64,000 bases of DNA from an uncultured Planctomycetota bacterium (GCA_963752285.1 CAVVXN010000005.1:1472001-1536000); one strand, 5' to 3'; positions 49,148 to 58,544 are shown, counted from the stretch's first letter. Program-made: numbers and translations. Notes: generated by a model from the sequence alone, not told the origin.

Positions 49148-49573
49148 CTAGCCCTGCTCCCCCGCGGCAGGCGGGCGGAGCGCGGCGGCGAGCCGTTCCT
49201 CCCACGCCGGGGGGTCCCAGAGCTCGAGGTAGGTGTTCATTCCCGCGATGCGGACCTGGCCCGACGGGAAGTGGGCGAGGAATCGCTTCGGCAGGGTGAT
49301 CCGTCCGGGCCCCTTGAGCTCCACCTCCTCCGCGTTCTGGAAGAAGAGGCGGCGCTGGTCCTGGGAGCCCTCGAAGCGGTTGGGGACCTGGGAGCTCGCC
49401 AGCGCCTCGTAGACGTGGGCCGGATAGGCCTCGAGGCACGGAGCGTCCACGCTCGGGACGAGGTAGAGGCGCCCCTCGGACTCCGCCTGGATGCGGTGCG
49501 CGAAGGTGGCGGGGACGACCAGTCGGTCCTTTCCGTCGATCCGATGGTCGCGATAGCCCGTGAGCGGTGTCAT
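49148..49573 (-). CDS. mraZ: dcw regulator MraZ
   Basis: G...HRIDGKDRLVVPA.F, second repeat GRITLP, G.NTYLELWD...W; first gene of the cluster. Confidence 0.9.
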   Translation of the reverse strand: MTPLTGYRDHRIDGKDRLVVPATFAHRIQAESEGRLYLVPSVDAPCLEAYPAHVYEALASSQVPNRFEGSQDQRRLFFQNAEEVELKGPGRITLPKRFLAHFPSGQVRIAGMNTYLELWDPPAWEERLAAALRPPAAGEQG

Positions 49574-49604
49574 CGGACTCCTGCCCGCCTCTCTGGTCCC
49601 GTGC

Positions 49605-49640
49605 GACAGAAGATTACACTTTGTGACACCTCGTGCAACC
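49605..49640 (-). promoter_or_regulatory. Possible MraZ operator (10-bp periodic boxes) in the AT-richer dcw promoter
   Basis: + strand GACAG/TACAC/GACAC/GCAAC at 49605, 49615, 49625, 49635. Confidence 0.45.
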
Positions 49641-49975
49641 GGCAATTCAGCGTCTCGACACGCCGTCGTAAGTATCTGCCACACAATCACTTGTGAATGC
49701 GAACGGATACGATACACAACCGTGCGTGACACCCAGATTCGTGTGGAATCGCTGTGGAGCGAAGCCGCAAGTCGCGAGGCGACAACGGGTTGCGAGGGCG
49801 GCACGACCGTCGGGTCACGCAGCGCCCCGCGGGCCCGCGCCGGGTGGGCCCGAGGCGGCCCGCGGCTTCGCCGGGGCCGACGCGGAGCGTGCGGGCGACC
49901 GGCCGGCGGCGCGTCGGCGCCGGCGCGCGCTCGGCCGGTGTTCGGCCTCCCTCCCCCGCCGCCGTACCATCCCGA

Positions 49976-50107
49976 CCCCGCGCGCGCGAGGACGGTCACG
50001 CCCTGGAGGGTCGGACGGCCCGAACCGGGTCAGGTCCGGAAGGAAGCAGCCCTAAGGGTTCGACCCGACGTCTCCCGGTCCCCGTGACCGTCCTCCCGGG
50101 CGCGGGG
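49976..50107 (+). ncRNA. ffs: Signal recognition particle RNA (4.5S)
   Basis: Domain IV motif GTCAGGTCCGGAAGGAAGCAGC; closing stem GAGGACGGTCACG/CGTGACCGTCCTC; -10-like TACCAT at 49965. Confidence 0.95.
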
Positions 50108-50205
50108 CGCTGAGGGGCCAGTTCGCGGCCCTTCCTCCTCCTTGCGTGCATTCGCACGCGGCGTCGTCGTCATGGCCACTCCTTTGGCCCCTCAGCGCCC
50201 CGCGC
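50100..50205. repeat. Structured element copy 3 (inverted relative to copies 1 and 2; 21-bp perfect inverted repeat)
   Basis: GCGCGGGGCGCTGAGGGGCCA...TGGCCCCTCAGCGCCCCGCGC; core is the exact reverse complement of copy 2. Confidence 0.95.
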
Positions 50206-50226
50206 CGCGCGTGGGGTGGGGCGGGG

Positions 50227-50456
50227 GCTCGCGGCTTCGGCCTTCGGCCTTGCCGCGTCGCGGGGTGGGCGGGCGGCTCGCGGCTTCGGCCTTCGGCCTT
50301 GCCGCGTCGCGGGGTGGGCGCGGGGCTCGCGGCTTCGGCCTTCGGCCTTGCCGCGTCGCGGGGCCGGCGCGGGGCTCGCGGCTTCGGCCTTCGGCCTTGC
50401 CGCGTCGCGGGGTGGGCGGGGGCTCGCGGCTTCGGCCTTCGGCCTTGCCGCGTCGC
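50227..50456. repeat. Tandem array 3: 5 identical 35-nt hairpin units, period 48-49 bp
   Basis: GCTCGCGGCTTCGGCCTTCGGCCTTGCCGCGTCGC at 50227, 50276, 50325, 50374, 50422 with G-rich 13-14 nt linkers. Confidence 0.95.
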
Positions 50457-50491
50457 GGGGCGGGGGCGGGGCGGGGGGGCGGGAGTGGGGG

Positions 50492-50938
50492 TTAGTCGCG
50501 AACGAGGTTGGGCGTGCCGTCTTTTCGCGCTTTGAAGATCCGGGTGCGGATCTCCATCACGCGGCCCTTGACGCGCGGGTGCTCTTGGAGGACGGCCTCG
50601 GTCTTTTGGAAGAAGGTCGGGCGGAGTTCTCGGATCTTGGGGAGGTGTTCCTCGACCACGGCGTACGTGAAGAGGCCTTCGTCGCAGGCGTCGAGGTAGA
50701 CGTCGGGGTGCAGCATCCCGCGCACGACGAAGGACGCCGCGAGCTCCCAGTAGCCGACGACCTGCCGCAGGTACGCGTTCTGCGGGTGGTCGTGGGCCAG
50801 GATCGGCTGGATCTCCTCCCAGCTCTTGAGGAAGAGCTGGTTCGCGACCATGTCGCGCGCCTCGCGCAGGCGCGCCTCGCGTCGCAGCTCGTAGAGCTTC
50901 ATCGCGATCCACGCGTCGCGCATGCCGGGTCGTCGCAT
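50492..50938 (-). CDS. Conserved hypothetical protein (DUF4760-like)
   Basis: KLYELRRE..LREAR...RQVVGYWELAAS.V..G; GGAGG RBS. Confidence 0.75.
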   Translation of the reverse strand: MRRPGMRDAWIAMKLYELRREARLREARDMVANQLFLKSWEEIQPILAHDHPQNAYLRQVVGYWELAASFVVRGMLHPDVYLDACDEGLFTYAVVEEHLPKIRELRPTFFQKTEAVLQEHPRVKGRVMEIRTRIFKARKDGTPNLVRD

Positions 50939-51087
50939 CGCCGTTCCTCCGGTCTCTCGGCTCAGGGCATCCTAGCCCGGATGACCCATGAGGCACGCGG
51001 CGTGCTCGACGGAAGCGTCGGTGCAAGCCCGAGTTGCGATCGCGAGAAGATCACGCCTCCGCCTACAGGCGCGTGATGTACGAGGGT

Positions 51088-52143
51088 TCATGAGTTATGC
51101 GGGCTGGGCGTCGAGCACTCGCCGGCGAGCTGTGCCAGCCCCTCGGGCGGACCGACGGCCACCAGCACGTCGCCCGGCTCGAGCTCGAGCTCGGGGTCGG
51201 GGTTGTACCGTACGTTGTCCTCGCGGGTCTTCACCACCGCCACCACGGTCACGCCGTAGCGCTGCCGGATCGTCGTGTCGCGGAGCCGCTGGTGCACGAG
51301 CGGGCTCCCCGCGCGGACCGGGATCTCCTCGAGTCGGACCTTCACGCCGTGCGCGCTGTCGAGGAACTCGGCCAGGTGCGGCCGCGCGACCCGACGCGCC
51401 ATGTTCACGGCGCCGATCGTGTACGGCGACACGACGTAGTTCGCGCCGGCGGCCTTCAGCTTGGACTCCGCGGACGGGTCGCGCGCCATCGTGATCACCG
51501 GGACGTCGCGACGGATCTCCTGCGCGGTGAGGGCGACGTACACGTTCGCCGCGTCCGAGTCGAGCGTGCTGATCACCGCGCGCGCGTGGTGGATGCCGGC
51601 CTGCACGAGGCTCGTGTCCTCGGTCGCGTCCGCCTGGAGGGCCAGGTGGCCCGACGACTCGGCCTGCGAGACCTTGTCCGCGTCGGTCTCGAGGATCGCG
51701 TGGTCGAGGCCGTCCTTGTCGAGCTCCGCCGCCACGAGCTGCCCGAACCGGCCGAACCCGCAGACGATCACGTGATTTCGAAGCGCTCTGATGTCGCGTT
51801 CCATGCGCCGCCGTCCGATCGCCTCGCGCAGACGCCCCTCGACGAGGAACGCGGCGAGGAAGGAGAGGGTCACGACGAAGAGGCCGACCCCGACCGTCAG
51901 GAAGAAGAGGTTGAAGAGTCGGCCGCCGAGGCTGTGCGTGAGGTCCTGGTACCCCACGGTGCTCAGCGTGATCATCGTCTGGTAGAGCGCGTCGAGCGGG
52001 CCGAGGCCCTCGAAGACGACGTAGCCGACGGTGCCGAGCGGCACCAGCAGCACGACGACCAAGAGCAGGTTCGTCGGCTTGCGGGCGAAGAGCCACTCCA
52101 GCCAGCGCCCGCCCTTGTGTGACTTCGACCTCGCCGCCGCCAT
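51088..52143 (-). CDS. Potassium channel with RCK (TrkA-N/TrkA-C) domains
   Basis: Pore motif TLSTVGY, HVIVCGFGRFG, TrkA-C NPDP..LEPGDVLV. Confidence 0.93.
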   Translation of the reverse strand: MAAARSKSHKGGRWLEWLFARKPTNLLLVVVLLVPLGTVGYVVFEGLGPLDALYQTMITLSTVGYQDLTHSLGGRLFNLFFLTVGVGLFVVTLSFLAAFLVEGRLREAIGRRRMERDIRALRNHVIVCGFGRFGQLVAAELDKDGLDHAILETDADKVSQAESSGHLALQADATEDTSLVQAGIHHARAVISTLDSDAANVYVALTAQEIRRDVPVITMARDPSAESKLKAAGANYVVSPYTIGAVNMARRVARPHLAEFLDSAHGVKVRLEEIPVRAGSPLVHQRLRDTTIRQRYGVTVVAVVKTREDNVRYNPDPELELEPGDVLVAVGPPEGLAQLAGECSTPSPHNS

Positions 52144-52221
52144 GCAGGGTCAGTATCGCCGCGCCGGACCGCGGGCGATAGACGGAGGGATCGGCGCGGC
52201 CCGCGCCGGCGGCGTAGAGGG

Positions 52222-52313
52222 TGGCGGAGAGGACAGGATTCGAACCTGCGGTACGGCGTGAACCGTACACGTGCTTTCCAAGCACGCGCCTTCGACCGCT
52301 CGGCCACCTCTCC
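52222..52313 (-). tRNA. tRNA-Ser(GGA)
   Basis: GGAGAGG acceptor stem, anticodon arm CGTGC-TTGGAAA-GCACG, long variable arm, GGTTCGAATCC, encoded CCA. Confidence 0.97.
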
Positions 52314-52385
52314 GCACGGGTTGGGGCGGAGAGGATAGCGCCGCCTCCGGCCCGCGCCCGCTCCCGGCCGGGGGGTGCCCCCCGG

Positions 52386-53894
52386 TCACGGACCGCGTCG
52401 GAAGATGCCCGAGCCCGCTCCACTGACGGGCGCGCGGTAGAGGATCACGCCGCTGGCCGTCGTGGAGCGCCAGGCGGGGTCGTTCGCGAACGTGTCGCCT
52501 CCGCCCGGGATCGTGTAGCCCGCGCGGGCGGTGGTGTAGATCCCCACCCCCCGGAGCTCCCAGAAGAGGCCCGTCTCCCCGCTCGGCTGGAGGAGGTTCG
52601 AGAAGGCCAGGTTCCCCCCCGCCGACGCGTCCACGAGCCCCTCGACGTTGAGGCCCGGGAAGATCGGGCCGAACGACTGGCTGTCCCCGCCGGGCGCCGG
52701 ACGGCCGTCGAACACGGGCAGACCGAGCGTCACGGCCGTCGTCGAGAAGTCGATCGCCTCGAGCGAGAACACGGCGAAGGAGGCGGGCGCGCCGAGGAGC
52801 GAGGCCTGGAACAGCGGGTGGGCCGCGCCGCGCTGGTTCCGGAGCCACGCGAGCGACCCCAGCGTCTCGTTGGCCAGCGACTCGAGGTCGCCCTGGCGCG
52901 CGACGCGGTAGTCGGGCTGCCCGGGGATCCCGTAGAGGAGGTAGTCGTCACCGCCGTCGGAGACCGCCTCGTAGAGCACCGTGGTCGTCGAGGACCCCGG
53001 ATACACCAGCAGGGGCTGGAACGCGGGGAGGCTCGCGAGCACGTCGGGCGGGAGGAGGTCGTCGCCCTCGGCCGCCACCTCCCCGAAGGTGAAGCTCCCG
53101 ACGGTCCCCGTGTAGATGCCGAGGGTGGCCCCGATGTCGGTGCGCTCTGCGATGAAGGCGAAGACGGTCCCGGACGCGTCCACGTCGGCCGCGTACACGC
53201 TCGCGACGTTCAGCGCGCCGGGCAGCGGGTCGCCGGTGCCGACGAGGCGGGCGAGGCCCGTCCCGTCCGCGTTCACCCGCCAGAACGCGCTCTCGAGCAC
53301 GTCGGTCGCGCCCTCGAAGAACACGCCCGTCACCGCGCCGAGGTGGATCGCGCGCGCCTCGAACGAGACGAGCGTGCCCGAGATCGACGTGGAGGACATG
53401 TCGGTCCCGGTGTAGATCGCGCCGTGGACCTCGGTGGCGACGCCCGTGTCCACGCGCGCCGTCACGAGTCCCGCGTCGGCCGTCACGCTCCCGTTCACGT
53501 CCACGAGCGCAAGCACGACGCCGGTCGAGTTGATCCAGACGTGCCGGATCGGGCCGATCGACCCGACGCCGAGGTCGGGGGCGGGATCGCCCTGTGCGAA
53601 CACGCGGATCAACGCGCCCGCGGGGCTCGCGGCGTACGCCACGTCGCCGAGCCCCGTGGTCGGCGCGACGAACACCGACCAGCCTCCGTCCGCCACCGCC
53701 ATGGGCGGCGCGGTGGGGAACGCGCCGAAGAGCCCCGCGCCGCCGGGCGCGGTGGCGCCCTCGAGCGCCAGCGTCCGTCCGACGCCGGGCTGGGCCGGCG
53801 TGTTCGACGAGGAGGAGCCGCCGCCACCGCACCCGACGAGCGGGGCGACGACCAGAGCGACGAACCCGACGAGCGAGATCCGGACGACGCGCAT
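52386..53894 (-). CDS. Secreted lipoprotein with beta-rich tandem repeats
   Basis: Lipobox LVGC-GGGG; repeated (A)xxGDPxP units and SGxxAF motifs. Confidence 0.75.
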   Translation of the reverse strand: MRVVRISLVGFVALVVAPLVGCGGGGSSSSNTPAQPGVGRTLALEGATAPGGAGLFGAFPTAPPMAVADGGWSVFVAPTTGLGDVAYAASPAGALIRVFAQGDPAPDLGVGSIGPIRHVWINSTGVVLALVDVNGSVTADAGLVTARVDTGVATEVHGAIYTGTDMSSTSISGTLVSFEARAIHLGAVTGVFFEGATDVLESAFWRVNADGTGLARLVGTGDPLPGALNVASVYAADVDASGTVFAFIAERTDIGATLGIYTGTVGSFTFGEVAAEGDDLLPPDVLASLPAFQPLLVYPGSSTTTVLYEAVSDGGDDYLLYGIPGQPDYRVARQGDLESLANETLGSLAWLRNQRGAAHPLFQASLLGAPASFAVFSLEAIDFSTTAVTLGLPVFDGRPAPGGDSQSFGPIFPGLNVEGLVDASAGGNLAFSNLLQPSGETGLFWELRGVGIYTTARAGYTIPGGGDTFANDPAWRSTTASGVILYRAPVSGAGSGIFRRGP

Positions 53895-53955
53895 GGGGAC
53901 CCTCCCGAGCCGAGCGGGCGGTTCTACCCCCGGCCACCGGGCCGGACGAGCGCGG

Positions 53956-54990
53956 CTACCGGTACGACTCGTTGATCTCCTCGAGCGCCTCCCGGGGCGG
54001 GCGAACCTCCGACTGGGGTCGGGTCGCCAGGGGCTCCTCCACCAGGTGGAGCACGTCGTGGAACGTGGACTGCTCCTCGGACACGTAGAAGATCCCGGTC
54101 AGGTACTCGTCCGCCTCGATGCCCTTCCGGAGCAGCGCGAGGGCCGCGGCCTTGTCGCGCGGGTCGTGCCCCTGTCCCACGCGGCGCACGACGATCACGC
54201 CACCGTCCGGCATGGGCACGCGGATCGCCTCGTGCTCGCTCGTCTCCACCTCGGGGTGGTCCCACGCGGGCACGAAGCCCACCTCGTGGATCGGGCCCGC
54301 GTGCTCCCGGCCCCAGTCGTACGAACGCGTGGATCCCTCGTGGTTGTTGAACGTGACGCAGGGACTCATCACGTCGAGGACGGCCAGCCCGCGATGCGCG
54401 ATGGCGCCCTTCAGGATCTCCAGGAACTGCTTCCGGTCGGCCGAAAAGCTCCGGGCGACGTACGTGGCGCCGAGCTGGACGGCGAGGGTGCACAGGTCGA
54501 TGGCCGTGAGGTCCTGGACCGTGCCGTCCTTCAGGCGCGCGCCCTTCTCGGACGTGGCCGAGAACTGGCCCTTCGTCAGGCCGTACACCCCGTTGTTCTC
54601 CACGATGTAGATCAAGGGGAGGTTGCGGCGCACCATGTGGACGAACTGCCCGATCCCGATCGACGCGGTGTCGCCGTCGCCCGAGACGCCGATGCCGACG
54701 AGGCCGCGGTTCGCGAGGAGCGCGCCCGTGGCCACGGAGGGCATGCGGCCGTGCACGGCGTTGAACCCCCACGCGCGCGACAGGAAGTACGCCGGCGTCT
54801 TGCTCGAGCAGCCGATGCCCGAGAGCTTCGCGACGCGGTGCGGCTCGATGCCCATCTCGTAGAACGCCTGGATGATCGCGTTCGAGATCACGTCGTGCCC
54901 GCACCCCTTGCACAGGGTGGAGACGCCGCCCTTGTAGTCGGCGAGCGGGAGACCGATGTGATTCGTGCGCGCGGCAGCGGGAGCGGCCAT
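53956..54990 (-). CDS. 2-oxoacid:ferredoxin oxidoreductase beta subunit
   Basis: STLCKGCGHD, SGIGCSSK, HGR, TPP motif GDGD...ENNGVYGLTKGQ.S, SPCVTFN. Confidence 0.95.
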   Translation of the reverse strand: MAAPAAARTNHIGLPLADYKGGVSTLCKGCGHDVISNAIIQAFYEMGIEPHRVAKLSGIGCSSKTPAYFLSRAWGFNAVHGRMPSVATGALLANRGLVGIGVSGDGDTASIGIGQFVHMVRRNLPLIYIVENNGVYGLTKGQFSATSEKGARLKDGTVQDLTAIDLCTLAVQLGATYVARSFSADRKQFLEILKGAIAHRGLAVLDVMSPCVTFNNHEGSTRSYDWGREHAGPIHEVGFVPAWDHPEVETSEHEAIRVPMPDGGVIVVRRVGQGHDPRDKAAALALLRKGIEADEYLTGIFYVSEEQSTFHDVLHLVEEPLATRPQSEVRPPREALEEINESYR

Positions 54991-56900
54991 CAGTCCTCCT
55001 GGTTCGTCGCGCCAGCGGGAGCGCCGTCCACGGCCGCCCCCACGGCGACCGCGCGGTGCGAGGGCACGCACGCGCCCCCCGTCTCGGCAGTGGCGATCTG
55101 CTCGACCACGGTGGCGGCGTCGAGCGGGAGACCGTCGTAGTGGAGGACCGACCTGAGCCGGGTCGCGACCTCCGGGAAGTCCATCGTGAGCATCTTCGCG
55201 AGCTGCGCGTCGCGGTTCTGCTCGACCACGTACACGCGCTCGTGCGCCTCGAGCCACGCCCGCACCGAGTCCGCGAACGGGAACGCGCGCACCCTCAGGT
55301 AGTCCGTCTCGATGCCCGGCGTCTCGCGGAGCTGGTCGCGCGCCTCCTCGACCGCCTGGTGCGACGTGCCGTAGGCGAGCACGCCGACGCGGCTCCCCCG
55401 GTCGTCCCGGACCGGCGCCGGCAGGAGGTCCTTCGCGCCGTCGAGCTTCCGCGCGAGGCGGTCCATGTTGCGGGCGTACACGTTGCCGTCCTCGCTGTAG
55501 CGGGCGTTCTCGTCGTGCCCCGACCCGCGCGTGAAGTACGCCCCGCGCCCGCCCGGCGTGCCCGGGAGCGTCCGGTACGGGACGCCGTCGCCGTCCACGT
55601 CCTTGTAGCGACCCCACGCCTCCATCCGGGCGAGCGACTCGGCGTCGAGCACCTTGCCGCGCGAGATGGGAGCCTCGGGGTAGCGAAGGGGGTCCGACAT
55701 CCAGAGGTTCATGCCGAGGTCGAGGTCGGTCATCACGAAGACGGGCGTCTGCAGGTGCTCCGCGAGCTCGAACGCCTCGATCGTGAGCTCGTACGCCTCC
55801 GTGACGTCCGCGGGGTAGATGCAGGGGTGCCGGCAGTCGCCGTGCGACAGGTACGCGGTCTTGAGGACGTCGCCCTGCATCGTGCGCGTGGGCAGTCCGG
55901 TGCTCGGGCCCGTGCGCTGGACGTCGAAGATCACGGCCGGGAGCTCCGAGAAGTACCCGAGCCCCACGAACTCGCTCATCAGGCTGATGCCCGGGCCCGA
56001 GGTGGCGGTCATGGACCGCGCGCCCGCCCAGCCGGCGCCGAGGGCCATGCCGACCGCGGCGAGCTCGTCCTCGGCCTGCACGATCGCGAGGTTCGTGCGG
56101 CCGGTCTCGCGGTCGGTGCGATACCGCTCCGCGAGGTCCGTGATGGCCTCGGCCAGGCTCGAGGACGGGGTGATCGGGTACCAGCTCACGACCGTGACGC
56201 CCGCGAAGAGCGCTCCGATCGCGGCGGCGGTGTTGCCGTCGATCAGAATCTTGCCGTTCGTGAGCGCGCGGCGCTCCACCCGGACGGGCGGGCGCTCCGC
56301 CACGTTCTCCCCGACCCAGCGGCGTCCGGCGGCGACGGCGTCGCGGTTCAGGGCGAGGGCCTTGGGCTTCGTGCGGAAGGCCTTGTCGAGGGCGCGCTCG
56401 ATCTCCTCGGGCTCGATGCCGAGCATCTCGCCGATCACGCCCACGTAGATCATGTTCACCACGAGCTTGCGGAGCGCGACCGGCTCGCAGACCTCGCGCA
56501 CGAGGTCCGAGAACGGCACGGGGACCAGACGGACGTCGTCGCGCACGCGCTCGAGCTTGAGCCCGGCCTCGTAGACCACGGTCGTCGAGGGCTTGACGCC
56601 CCGGACGTCGGCCTCGGCCGTCTGCGGGTTCATGCAGACGAGCACGTCCACGTCGGGGTGGCGCGCGACGTACCCGTCCTCGTCCACGCGGATCGTGAAC
56701 CAGGTCGGGAGGCCTTGGATGTTGCTCGGGAAGAGGTTCTTCCCGGACACCGGCAGGCCCATCTGGAACAGCGCCCTCAGGAGGGTGTTGTTCGCCGTCT
56801 GGCTGCCCGAGCCGTTGACGGTCGCGACCTGGATGCTCAGACGGTTCGACCGGACGTCGGAGCCGACGTCGGCCGCCGCCGCGCGCTGGGGTTCGGGCAT
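54990..56900 (-). CDS. 2-oxoacid:ferredoxin oxidoreductase alpha subunit
   Basis: NGSGSQTAN, YPITPSS, QAEDELAA, TATSGPGISLM, QRTGPSTGLPTRT.QGD. Confidence 0.95.
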   Translation of the reverse strand: MPEPQRAAAADVGSDVRSNRLSIQVATVNGSGSQTANNTLLRALFQMGLPVSGKNLFPSNIQGLPTWFTIRVDEDGYVARHPDVDVLVCMNPQTAEADVRGVKPSTTVVYEAGLKLERVRDDVRLVPVPFSDLVREVCEPVALRKLVVNMIYVGVIGEMLGIEPEEIERALDKAFRTKPKALALNRDAVAAGRRWVGENVAERPPVRVERRALTNGKILIDGNTAAAIGALFAGVTVVSWYPITPSSSLAEAITDLAERYRTDRETGRTNLAIVQAEDELAAVGMALGAGWAGARSMTATSGPGISLMSEFVGLGYFSELPAVIFDVQRTGPSTGLPTRTMQGDVLKTAYLSHGDCRHPCIYPADVTEAYELTIEAFELAEHLQTPVFVMTDLDLGMNLWMSDPLRYPEAPISRGKVLDAESLARMEAWGRYKDVDGDGVPYRTLPGTPGGRGAYFTRGSGHDENARYSEDGNVYARNMDRLARKLDGAKDLLPAPVRDDRGSRVGVLAYGTSHQAVEEARDQLRETPGIETDYLRVRAFPFADSVRAWLEAHERVYVVEQNRDAQLAKMLTMDFPEVATRLRSVLHYDGLPLDAATVVEQIATAETGGACVPSHRAVAVGAAVDGAPAGATNQED

Positions 56901-57038
56901 GGTTCGCCTCGGCGAGGGGGGGCAGCCCCGGGTGGTCGCCGGCTCCGTGACGGATCGAGCGCCCGGGATGTGAAAACCGGCAGGCCGTCGGCCCGCCGGC
57001 CCGGCGATTGTACGGACGCGTGGGAGGGGGTCGCGGTC

Positions 57039-58544
57039 TCACGCCCCCCCGCGCAGGACCGCCCGAGTCGGCGTTGGCGCGGCGGGTCCGACCGCCCCGC
57101 GGAGCGCGGCCTGGCGCGCGCGCAGGCGGCCCATTCGCTCGACCTCCGTCCGGCTCGGGACCTCGAGCGGCCCCGCCTCGACCCAGCGACGCGCCGTGTC
57201 GAGGAGCGTCCGTTCGCCCGCGCGCTCGAGGTGCGCGAGCAGCGCCGCGCCGCGCGCCGTCGCGTCGCTCCCGCCGACGAGCCGGACGGGGGCCGCCGCG
57301 GCGGCCGCGACGCCCGCGCGCCAGACCTCCGCGCGGGCCCCGCCGCCGGTGATCCGCACCTCCGCGACCGTCTGGCCGTCCGCGCGGAAGAGCTCGATCG
57401 TCTCGCCGAGCGCCGCGGCCACGCCGTCCAGGACGGCGCGCGCGAAGTGCACGGGACCGTGCGCAGGAGAGAGGCCGGCGAACGCGCCCCGCGCCCCGGG
57501 GTCGGGCACGGGGCTCCGCTCGCCCTCGAGCGAGGGGAGGAACGTGGGCACGTCCTCCTCCGGGGGGAGGTCGGCCGCCCGACGAATCACCGCCTCGACC
57601 GGCGTCGCGCCCCCGAACGCGAGATCGCGGACCCAGACGAGCGCGCGACCGGCCGCGAGCACGACGCCGGTCCCCGCCACCCGCCGCGCGCCGACCGTGT
57701 CGCCGGAGACGAGGCCCGCGCGCACGCGCCGGCGCGGGACGACGCCGATCACGGTCCCCGAGGTCCCGAGGGTCACGGCGAGTACGCCCGGGTCCAGCGC
57801 GCCGAGCGCGAGCTGCGCGGCCTCGTTGTCGCCGGCGCCCGCCACCACGGGGATCCCGGCGGGCAGCCCGGTCTCGGCGGCGGCCTCGGGCGAGACCGGG
57901 CCGCGGCGCCCGCGGGGGTCGAGGACGGGGGGCAGGAGGCGCGGCGGGAGGCCGAGGCCGCGCGCGGCGTCGGCCGACCACCCCCGCCGCCGCGGGTCGT
58001 AGCACGGGAGGGTCGAGGCCTCGGTGCGGTCGGTGGCGAGCCCTCCGGTCAGGCGGAGCCCGAGCCAGTCCTTCGCGAAGAGGAGCGCGCGGGCGCGGTT
58101 CGCGTCGTCGGGTCGCGTCCGCACGAGGCGACGCCACTTGGGGAGGAGGTGCCCGGGGAGCGAGGCGGGTCTCGGCCGTCCGCCGCGGCGAGCGGCGAGG
58201 GCGTCGAGCTCCGCCGCCTCCACGGACGCCCGTGCGTCGGCCCAGATCACGGCCCGCCCGAGGGGCCGGCCGACATCGTCGAGGAGGAGGAGGGCGTGCT
58301 TCTGCCCCGTCAGCCCGACCGCGGCCACCTCGGCGCCGACCGCGGCGTCGAGGCAGGCCCGAACGGCGTGCCGAACCGCCGTCCACCAGGCCCAGGGATC
58401 CTGCTCGGCGGCGCCCGGCTCGGGGCACGCGAGCCCGAGGGGGGCATCGGACGCCGCCAGGACCGCGCCCGCGCCGTCCACGAGGACCGCCTTCACCGCG
58501 GAGGTCCCGAGGTCGATCCCGAGGGTGGCCGGCACGCGGTCCAT
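57039..58544 (-). CDS. FGGY carbohydrate kinase (xylulokinase-like)
   Basis: GIDLGTSAVKA, EQDP..WW, GAGDN.A, LGTSG, GERSP, TGGGAR. Confidence 0.88.
   Translation of the reverse strand: MDRVPATLGIDLGTSAVKAVLVDGAGAVLAASDAPLGLACPEPGAAEQDPWAWWTAVRHAVRACLDAAVGAEVAAVGLTGQKHALLLLDDVGRPLGRAVIWADARASVEAAELDALAARRGGRPRPASLPGHLLPKWRRLVRTRPDDANRARALLFAKDWLGLRLTGGLATDRTEASTLPCYDPRRRGWSADAARGLGLPPRLLPPVLDPRGRRGPVSPEAAAETGLPAGIPVVAGAGDNEAAQLALGALDPGVLAVTLGTSGTVIGVVPRRRVRAGLVSGDTVGARRVAGTGVVLAAGRALVWVRDLAFGGATPVEAVIRRAADLPPEEDVPTFLPSLEGERSPVPDPGARGAFAGLSPAHGPVHFARAVLDGVAAALGETIELFRADGQTVAEVRITGGGARAEVWRAGVAAAAAAPVRLVGGSDATARGAALLAHLERAGERTLLDTARRWVEAGPLEVPSRTEVERMGRLRARQAALRGAVGPAAPTPTRAVLRGGA

Noticed and set aside
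11597..50456. The three hairpin arrays as CRISPR arrays
   Set aside because: Linkers are repeated or low-complexity (and only ~14 nt in arrays 2 and 3), there is no AT-rich leader, and no cas genes are present.
52222..52313. tRNA-Ser as an integration site
   Set aside because: No integrase and no duplicated tRNA 3' end seen in the window.
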